64,000 nt of DNA, from positions 5,576 through 69,575 of the forward strand of contig JAUCBJ010009146.1 of the NCBI GenBank assembly GCA_032718475.1. Direction: 5' to 3'. The position numbers and the translations under genes were made by a program. Below are positions 33,617-44,034 of the stretch, one piece after another (the first letter of the stretch is position 1; each line of letters starts with the position of its first letter). The notes under the pieces were generated by a model, which saw only the letters and a list, made by a program, of their open reading frames with translations, searched no databases and was not told the DNA's origin. The DNA comes from Nemertoderma westbladi (lineage: Eukaryota; Animalia; Xenacoelomorpha).

Positions 33617-36600
33617 GAGAGATTGAGATTGTTTATTGCGCAATAGTCAAATATATGGTTATGGTTAATTATGACATAAACACCAATTAATTAAATATCC
33701 ATAAATATTAACAGCACTTATTTATTTAGTGGTTACATCGAGCTGCGCGGGGATAACCTCATGAGTTATTCAACTCGTTTCCATGAAGGTCCCCGAATGT
33801 ATCAGTTAAGTCCAACATAATGTTAAAAACGTAAATAAACAAACTAATAAGAATATTCACGATTACGATACTATTAAAAATCTAATAAATGTAAAAGGTC
33901 TTTTTGGTTAAATATTCTAAAATTTTATAAAATCGTTTGAAAATCATTCTAAAAAATATAGTTGACATGTAAGTTGACATAAAATATAGATACATAGTAT
34001 GTATCTATATTTTATGTCAACTTACATGTCAAAGCGACGACAGTGTATGTATGTATTACATACATACACTGTCGTCGCTTTACTAAAATTTATTTATTTA
34101 AGTTAAAGCGAATTGAATTAAAATCTTAAAATATTTAAAAAAGGCTTTTAATGGTTAAAGCTCTCAACAACGCAAATAAGTAGTTAATAGGGCTCTAACT
34201 GGCTGACTGTAACTTACTGATAGCAGTATTTAAATAATAATATAGATTTTCATTTTCAGCGGCCATTCACTAATATCTGTTATTGAATTTTAAATAAAAA
34301 TGTAGTCATTATTTTCATTTTCAGCTGCCATTGACAAAAGGTATCTTTTTACAGAGTGTTTGAAAGTTTCCAGAGTTTCACAGCTGCGAGTAACCAATGG
34401 TAGACCGTTCCAACCAACGGCCCCGCGGTACGAAAAGGAACTGCACCCTCTAACCAGGTTACGGCGAGGTATGACAGCCCGGTCCTCGCCTCCCGATCGC
34501 AGCCCAGAGTGACCCTCGGAGAAGGAGACGATTTCGCTTAGGTAAGTAGGCGCTATTCCGCGGTAAATTTTGTACATCATCGTTACAAGCAACTGTTCAA
34601 TGCGATATTCCACAGGTAGCCACGATAACTCTTTGAAGTGTGCAACAGATACGTGAGCACGCCGGTCGAGATCAAGACAAGATCGCACACATTTTCTCTG
34701 TAACGCTCGGAGTTTACCCTGCAAGTGAGTGGACGAACTGAAGTACCAGCATGCTGACATGAAGTCGAGGTGAGGCTGGATCAAGGAGTTACATAGTAGA
34801 CGCTTTGTGTAGCGGTTCAGGGACCCACCAAAGCGATACATAAAGCGTAACGTCGCATTGCCTTTTTTTATTATCTTCAACGCCATGACGTCACCAGAAA
34901 GTAATTGGTTCATGCAGCAGCCGAGGTACTTTACTTCAGAAACTTGGCGTATAGGGATATTATTGCAGTGTACAATGAGTTCAGATGCGGAGGCTAATCG
35001 CTGGGGAGTCCCAAACAAGATACATTCCGTCTTCTTAAAGTTGAGGCTAAGTTTATTGTCCACGGCCCACCAGTAGACCCTGGTTAATTGTTTGCTAAGC
35101 TTTGGTATATTAGAATGAGAGACCGTGAGGTTCGCATTGTCGGCCAATTTCATTGATATACAGTTCGGTTCAATGGAAGCAGTTGCTATCGTAGATGTAG
35201 AAGGGCTAGTTGAAATAGGTTCCACATAGTCCTTAGTTGCGATGTTCATGTCATTTATGTAGATAATGAACAGTAGAACTGCTAACAAACTTCCTTGCGG
35301 CACCCCACATGTTATAGCCATATAATCTGAAGACACATTTCCAATAGTCACTGTCTGCATTCGGTGTTCCAGGTAGGATCGAAACCAGGCCACTGTTTCT
35401 GGAGAGAGACCAATGAGTACGAGTTTCGCTAGCAGCCGCTCGTGGTTCACAGTATCGAAGGCCTTTCGCAGGTCGATGAAAACAACTCCTGTGTATTTAC
35501 CGTCATCCATAGCCTCTCGTATATGATTAGACAGATATAACAGACATGTCTCAGGCGAGTAACCCTTCCTGTAGCCAGACTGTAGTTGATCATACAGATT
35601 ATTGTTAATGATATATTCAGTCATTTGATCATATGCGATCCCCTCAATTACCTTTGATAGGACAGCTAAGAGTGACACAGGTCGATAATTCCCACGCTCT
35701 AGGTGCGTTTCCTTCTTATATACCGGATTAACCCTTGCTATTTTGAAGGCTTTTGGAAATTTTGACTGGGAAAATGATAGGTTGATTAAATGAGTCATAG
35801 GCCCTGCGATGGTTTCTCCACAATCCCTAAGGAAGCTTGGTGTTAGGCCATCTAGTCCTGGACTTTTATCTATCTTTAGGGCAGATAGTTTTTTAGCAAC
35901 AGTTTGATCATCAACGTGTTGGAATTTGAAACTATTTAGGATAACACCCTTCTTCCTGTAAAATTTTGCAACACCTTCAAGATCGAACGCACCGCTTGAT
36001 TGGGGAAGATTGTTCACCAAATTTGAAGCAATTGATGAAAAGAACTCATTGAATTTAGTGGCCATTAGCTTCTGATCTGTTATTAGTTCATTATTAACCA
36101 TCAGAGAAGTCACCATAGTGGATGAGACATTCTTACACGGGGCACCCAAATCCTTTAGTGTCTTCCATAGTTTCTTCGAATCATTTCTGTAGGAATTTAT
36201 TTTCTCCTTAATATACTCTTTTTTGGCTCTGCGCACTGCAGTTGTTGCTTCATTTACCGCATCTTTATAAGTTTGGCAGTTTACATTCGTTTTCGAGTTT
36301 ATATAAGCATTCTCATATAAGCATATTATATAAGCATTGTTTTTCTCAGCAATTATCGTTCGTACTGTAGAGTCAAGCCATTGGTCCGAACGACTTTTGA
36401 TCCGCATCGTTCTCATTGGTCTCATTCATGAGTATCTAGAGTTGCTTGTAATATTTCTATAAGGTTTTCAATACCAGAATTAACGTCAGTAGCTGATTTT
36501 ACATCAGCAAAAGAAGAGTTAGTTAGTAGCATCTAGACAGCAGAGTCTTTTTTCATGTCTTCTGCATGCGTGCTGTGCATACTTCTTACTGGTCTGCAAT
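33617..36600 (-). mobile_element. 5'-truncated Crack/L2-group LINE, element E3 (RT ORF 34290-36425, catalytic motif decayed)
   Basis: GNYRPVSLL, DLRKAFDTV, GVPQGS, LADN in place of YADD, WNGLP; 3' stem-loop 33749-33794; AATAAA + (CAATCT)n tail. Confidence 0.9.
33962..34081. repeat. Two abutting perfect palindromes (35-bp and 25-bp arms, 1-nt centres)
   Basis: 33962-33996 / G / 33998-34032 and 34031-34055 / T / 34057-34081, checked base by base. Confidence 0.95.
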
Positions 36601-37499
36601 GCCTAATCTCTAAAATCACATACAGATTATTCTCAATAGGAATCCATTACATACGCACATACGCGTATGTACATACGGATAAGGCAAATGCATACGGATA
36701 CGGCGAAAAGTTATACCCAAACAAATGTAGTGTATTCCTATGGGCTGTTCAGCTGTTTGGTCGTTTTGGCGAAGCGATTTAACTCGACTCAGCGAAGACC
36801 AGACAGTCCGTCTCCTTGGCCATCCATTTGGTTACTCTGACTAAATGTCGGCTCGCTTTCATTTTTCTTATTGACAGATTGTTAACTTACCCGGAGCTGA
36901 GTCGGGCATTGCAGTTGTAGTAGAGGCCACCCACTGAGGCATTGATACAGCACAGGCTAGCTCTGGCTCTGTGCTAACTCAGAGTTGGCATAATTAGGTG
37001 ATTTTATGATTATGTAATTATTATTTATCGAGACAGGGGGGGGGGGGGATTGGACGCAAAACTCGCCTTGGCGAATTAATATCCCGCCTCAATGTTATAT
37101 TCTCAATTTAGGGAAAGGAGCAGGTTACAGTGGCACGTTATTCTAACCAAAACAATGCATTAAACATAAATGAACAGGTTACAGTTTTATTTTTGATAGT
37201 ACTGTATAGGTCTTTACAATGGCAAATAAAACACATTTTAAAAGTGAATTAGAAAATCAATTAAGATTATACACGCTAAAAACAGATGAAACACATATTT
37301 ATACAGGAAAGTTATTTAAAAATATTCAATAGAAAGTATAATAAACACATAATTATGGCAAAAATATAACTAAAAACGGATCTTTAAATAAAAAATTAAA
37401 AATATGTACACGTCACAAACAATAGTCACAATCTCACAAACAATAGTTACAGTGGATACAAAATAAAATAAATAAAAAAACATAAAAAACCATAGCAAT

Positions 37500-37860
37500 G
37501 CATAGTTAGTTTGAAAGGGTTAATATAATAAGGTAATATAAATAGCGTTGTAGGGTGAAATTTGCAATGGCTACCTGTCTCACTGGTGTATCACTGAAAA
37601 TATTTAATTTTGTGGCCATTTCACTGTCAAGTCTTGTTTTAAACATATTCAGACAAGGGTTACCGTTTATGTCCCGCGCATTCACTACTGACTCTGAAAG
37701 GAGGTTCCATGTATTCACGACTCGATCTGCAAAGTTATTACACCTGCGTAGTGATCTACAGCCGGATCGTTTAAACAGAGCGAGTGATGAGCCAAGTGTT
37801 CTATAACTATGTAGTTCACTCCTAAACTGAAAGAAGTTAGTTTACTAACTCATGCTAAAT
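37500..37860 (-). mobile_element. 3' fragment of a CR1-clade LINE ORF2
   Basis: Translation ...RRCNNFADRVVNTWNLLSESVVNA...LNMFKTRLD matches the CR1 C-terminal F..RVV..WN.L...VV.A...FK.RLD pattern. Confidence 0.75.
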
Positions 37861-37866
37861 GTAATA

Positions 37867-37999
37867 ACCAAGGACTACTATACTGAAGGACTGGCACAGC
37901 GACAGCGGTAAATCCGTAGGCCTTGAGTAATCCGGACCCGCTCGGGGTTCGGATTATGGATTACTGCTGTGCCAGTCCTTCAGTATATTAGTCCTTGGT
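37867..37999. mobile_element. Small MITE, unclassified
   Basis: ~34-bp TIR ACCAAGGACTAnTATACTGAAGGACTGGCACAGC; AATA on both flanks. Confidence 0.8.
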
Positions 38000-38959
38000 A
38001 ATAACATAACCTAGAATATACTGCTAAGGTGCTAAAGCTATAGGCCTAGCAAAGCAATACTGCATTAGGCCTACAGCAATATACAGCACAGCAATAACTG
38101 AGTAACATATACTGTAATACAGTAATAGGGGCCTAGATAGGTTAAAAAAAACCGACTTTCAATATTGATGTTACTACATATATGAGAATTTGTTCCAAAT
38201 TGTGTAAAAACTCGATGAATATGAATAATAGTGATCAAAAATGTGCAGAACTACTCCCATGGTGACCTTCATACGATGAGAAAAACGCTCCGCAGGCTGT
38301 TTTTGTTCGAATTTGAATGTTGCAGTGGGACTAGTTCCTGATATTATGAAATGTAGTTCCAAATATTATGAGATGAAAAAAAAGATTTATTTGGAACATA
38401 TGCTATATTGGCTACAAATTGGCTGTTGTAGGAACTTTTCAAGTATACTTGCATATCATTAAAGTGGGATGAATGCACTCGCATATAATTCAATAAACAC
38501 CATATTTTTGGAAAAGTTAATTTGATTCCAGAGACTGAGAGGTGGTCATCAGACCATTCTGCCATTGAGCAGTTGAGTGTTTGTATGCAGATTCGTATGT
38601 ATGCAGTGCCCACTTCTAATTAGTACTGGTACAGTACTTACACTGACTGACTGAGAGAGAGCTGGCATTTGGGCAGTGCTAAGTTTCAGAGTATAGTCAT
38701 TTCCTTGTATGTGAACACTACCGGTAGGCCTATAGCATATTATAGCTCGTTATAGGTGGTTATAGATGGTTATATATTTTATTCCTACCAGATAAGGACA
38801 GACGTTTTAGCCATCCTAGTTGGGCCTCGGAAAGACAGGTGTATTAGCCTATATGTACAAATTTTTATATTTCTGCCACTCAATATTTTACTATTTATGA
38901 AAGTTGAAGTTGAAAAGACCCATTGTTGTAATCTCTAACTATATACCGATATATATATA

Positions 38960-40018
38960 ATGGATTTGTCGCCATCCCTAGGTTCAAGTCGCCAAGCGCA
39001 AGGTGGAAGTGGAAGGCGCAACTCTATCAATACAACCGGGACCGGAAAAATCGATAAACAAAAAAAGACAACCCTTAATCCCTCGGCTGCTCCCAAGAAG
39101 TTTGTAAGGACCAGTGTTGAGTGTACTTTCTGCACATCTGTTTGGACAGAAATCTCTGTACCAGTCGAGATCTCCAAACAAAACGATTTCGCTACCAAAA
39201 AATTTGCTTGTGGGTTCTGTGCAGCTAATCATATTGTTACCTTGGAGGATGACAACCTGCTACTCAACCAAGAAGTAGAATCAAAAAAGAATACCGTCAA
39301 AGATAACATTCGTTCACTAACTGAAATAGAAGGTGAGGAAAAGCTAGTTGTGGGACGTGAATTGTCGGTGTTTCGTTGTGAAATTGAGACACTTTTGAAT
39401 GAGGTAGAAGCAAACTATGTCAAACTACAATCGAAAGTGGACAACATTGAGTCCATTGCATCATTTCCTCCCCTTTCTCCCGGGAATGATGGTGATGAAG
39501 ATAGTGGGGGTACATGGGTGGAAATTGTAAAACGCAACGCAAAACATTTGGAAGACTTAAATAAGAAAATTGTGCAACAAAAGGTGGAACCCTCTAGTAA
39601 CAGTATAGAGAAGGTAATCCGACTTAATGACCAATGGAAACGGAATGTCATTATACATGGAGTACCTGGCGATGGTGCAAGTAACACAGCTATGAAGCGT
39701 GAAGCTGATAATAAGTTCCTAGAAGAGTCTCTGAATGAAAGATTACCCTACTATGGAATCCATCGACTAGGTAAACCAAGACAGGATAACAACCCTCGTC
39801 CACTGCTTCTTACATTTAATTCCATTGAAGAGGCATTGAAGGTTATATCCCGGAAGGTATTCGTAGGTGGTAGCAACCGATTATATTTCAACAAAGATTT
39901 GTCTAAATTTGAACGCGAGATGGAATATCAATTTAGGCAGAAACGACGTATCTCCCGCCAACGATCACAATCCACGAGATTGGATGTGACTAGAAACGAA
40001 GCTGAACGTCTAGATTGA
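38960..40018 (+). CDS. LINE E2 ORF1 (Cys finger, coiled coil, RRM-like), 352 aa
   Basis: ECTFC...FACGFC, KRNVIIHGVP, HRLGKP..PRPLLLTF, LYFNKDLSKFERE; same architecture as E1 ORF1. Confidence 0.85.
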   Translation: MDLSPSLGSSRQAQGGSGRRNSINTTGTGKIDKQKKTTLNPSAAPKKFVRTSVECTFCTSVWTEISVPVEISKQNDFATKKFACGFCAANHIVTLEDDNLLLNQEVESKKNTVKDNIRSLTEIEGEEKLVVGRELSVFRCEIETLLNEVEANYVKLQSKVDNIESIASFPPLSPGNDGDEDSGGTWVEIVKRNAKHLEDLNKKIVQQKVEPSSNSIEKVIRLNDQWKRNVIIHGVPGDGASNTAMKREADNKFLEESLNERLPYYGIHRLGKPRQDNNPRPLLLTFNSIEEALKVISRKVFVGGSNRLYFNKDLSKFEREMEYQFRQKRRISRQRSQSTRLDVTRNEAERLD

Positions 40019-43000
40019 CTACCTACTGCAGATGCTTCTTACTGCCTCGCTACCACATGTGAGGAACATTCAGTTGGCTCACACCCATACCCCTGGCTAT
40101 TAAACTTTGAACGGAGTGGAATACACTTTCTTCATATAAACATAAACAGTCTACGATATAAAGTACATGAATTAAGTGTAATGTTGAACCCTCCAGTTAT
40201 CCATGTTATTGCAATAACTGAAACTAAACTAGATGACTCAATAACAAACCAACAAGTAAAGATTGATGGATATGATATATATAGGAGAGACAGAACTGGG
40301 AATGGAGGGGGGGTTGCACTCTATGTACGTAAACACTTACCATTTGAGGTGAAGCCCCAGTCATATGCCACTCCTTCTGAACTGTTAATTGGCGAATTAT
40401 ACCTTCCTAAGACGAAACCGATACTCATTGGAGTAATTTATAAACCCGATGCTGACTATTCTATATTCGAAAACCTCGAAATAACTGCAGGTGATTTATC
40501 ACGCTATAAAGAGGTAATAATAATGGGTGATACTAATACAAATATGATGTCTGTGATAAATCCATTAACGGGTGAGATAGTCAAAAATCCACTAGGAATA
40601 CAACATATCGATAACAACCTGAAACAACTATTGCAATTCTGCGAGTCGAACAGTATAGTTCAATTAATACGGGAGCCAACTCGAGTAACTTCAACAACTG
40701 CCACTCTATTGGACCATATCTTTGTTTCAAACCCAAATATGGTAATTACTTCTGGAGTAATTAAGGATACGTTAAGTGATCATTACATGGTGTTTGCAAC
40801 TAGAAAACGTAAAAAATGTTGTCCTAAGGAACCAAAATATATCAAGTGTAGATCCTATAATGAATATACTGCTGAGAAACTTATATTCGAATTGCATAAC
40901 AATAGAGAAATAGATAAGATAGCAACTACTACCGATGTGGATGAGGCAACCAATATTTTAACGTTAGCTCTGAATACTGCTCTAGATAAACTAGCACCCA
41001 AACGCGAGTATCGAGTTCGATGTCATTCTCAGCCCTGGGTGGATACTGAGGTCAAAGAAGCCATTATTAATAGAAATAAACAAACCCATAGATTCCAAGA
41101 ACACGCAGCCATAATGATGAACAACTTCTAAAACAAACCCGCAATGAAACTACAACTATAATTAGAAAGAAGAAGACTGCGTATATCAAAGAGAAAATTG
41201 CATTGGCTGGTAAAGACAGTAAAAAACTTTGGAAAGCATTGAAAGACATTGGACCCCATTCAAAAAAACAAAAAGAGGATCCCTCAACTCCTACCGTTTT
41301 TAAAATAGACGGAAATATATGTAGCAACACCGAAGATGTATGTAATTATTTTAATGATTACTTTTTAACAATAGCAGATGAGCTCGTAAGTAAGTTTCCG
41401 CCACCTAGTGGAAACTACGATATTCCGAAGGTGGTGGACTATTACAAAAAACTGGGAGTTGTGGAAAATTCTTTCGAATTACACCCTACGACATATGACG
41501 AGGTTTACAAAATATGTTCTAGGGTTGATGTTTCTAAAGCCACTGGATTGGATGAGATACCGGCAAAGATAATAAAGGATGGGTTATCAGTCATTATATC
41601 CCCCCTACTGCATATTATTAACCAATCTATAATAACCACTAAGTACCGTACAAGTTACAAGATTGCTCATGTAAAGACTGCATATAAAAGCAGTGGTTCG
41701 CGACTAGAGAGAGGAAACTTTCGCCCTCTCTCATTACTTCCAATAATGTCTAAAATACTTGAAAGAGTTGCATTTAACCAGCTGCAAGACACTATATCAA
41801 TAACAAACTAATAAATAAACTTCAGTCGGGCTTTCGGGAGGGATATTCAACTGAAACGGCATTAATCTTTGTAGATAGCGCTATTAGAAATGGTATGGAC
41901 AATGGCAAACTCACTGGTATGGTCACTATAGACTTTCGAAAAGCCTTTGACTGTGTGAATCACAATATATTGTTAGAAAAACTAAAGGCTATGGGCGCTA
42001 CCGATAAAACAAAAGATTGGTTCGAATCATATCTTTCTGGTAGACAACAGTTCGTTGCTATTGGCAACACACGATCGGAGACTAAACCTGTTAAAAATGG
42101 TGTTCCCCAGGGATCTATCTTGGGAGTTCTACTGTACCAAGGAGACACTAACGACTTCCACATGGTAAGAGGATGACACCCTGGACCCAACCTTTGCCCA
42201 TGACACAAACTTAATAAAAACCAATGATGACTCAGAATTAATTTCTAAAAGTTTGAGTTCAACAATGGACAGAGTATTCGACTGGTGTGTACAAAATAAA
42301 CTGACAATAAACTTTGATAAGACCTACAGCATACTCATTGGAACACACCAAAAGATAGCTTCCTCTCCTGAACTAGAAGTCTATTGTGGTGGGCAATGTA
42401 TAAAAAATGCAAAATCGGTCACTTACCTTGGCTCCGTGCTAGACCAACATCTAAGTGGGACCGAGATGGCCACAAAGGTAATAAAGAAATGTAACAATAG
42501 ATTGAAGTTTTTACATAGATATGGCGGATTACTAGACTACTATACAAGACGTTTGCTATGCAATACACTGATACAACCACATATCGATTACGCCGCATCT
42601 ACTTGGTTTTACAGCATAACTCAACGCCTTCATAAGCAATTGGAAGCACTGCAGAGGAAATGTGTTAGATATTGCCTTGGTTACGGTCCTCGTGAACATA
42701 TCGGAATCCAACACTTCAAAGAAATAAATTGGCTCCCTCTAAACGAAAGAATAAAGGCAGTTATAGCATCACATATGTTCAAAATTGTTAACAACATATC
42801 ACCCGATTACATGTCAGACCTCGTTAACCTTCGTTGTCAAACACGCTCACTGCGTTCTACTGAGTCATCAGCTGCGCTCCCCCATTGTACGACAGTTTGC
42901 GGCAAGAAAGCGTTCACTTACTTGGGCCCAAAAATTTGGAACGAACTGCCTCAAAGCTTAACGAACGTGAAAACTTTAGAAGTGTTCAAACACAACCTCA

Positions 43001-43065
43001 AAGACTACTACCTACAGCAGCTGCTAAGCGAAAATGCAAATGAATACATTTATTATGATTATTAA
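40019..43065 (+). pseudogene. LINE E2 ORF2 (APE + RT) broken by frameshifts
   Basis: Fragments 40019-41131, 41203-41811, 41895-42176, 42253-43065 with ITETKL, GDTN, LDHI, SDH, NFRPLSLL, DFRKAFD, VPQGSILG; YADD position reads FAHD. Confidence 0.92.
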
Positions 43066-44034
43066 TTAACATAACAAACATTGTATTTTATTGAACTTCA
43101 TAATTATTTATTTTATAGGCTATATTTTATATATTACAGTATTTTTATTATTGCATTTATTGCTATTTTTTATTGTATTTTTCAGTTACTTTTAGCATTT
43201 CATTGGCGCCATTCCATTTACATTACAATTTTGGTGCAAATAATATTGTCTGCTGCATAGAGCACAGGGACCCTTATGGAAACGAGGTGAAACCTCATAA
43301 GGCTATCCCTCCATTTTAATCTAATATTGCACATTTTCTACTTGTTTTTTATTTTAAGGTTCTACTTGTTTTATTTTTGTCTACCTTGTTTTATTGATGT
43401 CTACCTTGTTTTATTTTGTCTACCTTGTTTTATTTTGTATACCTTGTTTTATTGTATAAAATTATACTGAGACTCCGAGTTAATTTTACTGGACATATGT
43501 GATAAGTTTTAAACTACGTGTTCGTATTTTATTGTACCTTGTTAAATAAATTTTATTGTACCTTGTTAATATAAATTTCATTGTATATATATTTTAAACT
43601 GTAAATTTTATTTTATTTCAAGTTTAATGTATGTATATACACGTGATTTATTGTAAACTACTGTACAGAGTTAGACAATTTTATTACATAATTTCAAACA
43701 TGTATTACCGTCCATTAATTTACATAATTTACATAAAACAATGAAAAATAAATTACCGGTAAATTGTGATTTATATATATTATTTCAATATTGTGCAGTA
43801 TGTATTTTTATATGGGAAAAAATTCAATCAATCAATCAATGTCATTGTAGCCCTATATGGTGACATACCAGCAGTATGTGACCACCTAGCCAGAGTAGTA
43901 GTATAGTAGTAATATATAGTAGTAAGATATAGTAGTAATATATAGTAGTAAGATATAGTAGTAATATACAATAGGTACATACATTGAATAGGACTAATGA
44001 ATGTATCTTGCTGAAATATTATTATTATCTGATA

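Larger units (their letters stand above)
38700..43840 (+). mobile_element. Near full-length Crack/L2-group LINE, element E2, nested in the hATm-like transposon; 5' boundary approximate
   Basis: ORF1, fragmented APE/RT ORF2, 3' stem-loop 43266-43310, (CAAT)n tail near 43825-43840. Confidence 0.88.

Noticed and set aside
38120-38140. 8-bp TSD for the hATm-like element
   Set aside because: Left flank (TAGGGGCC) and right flank (GCAATCAA) do not match; exact termini remain uncertain.
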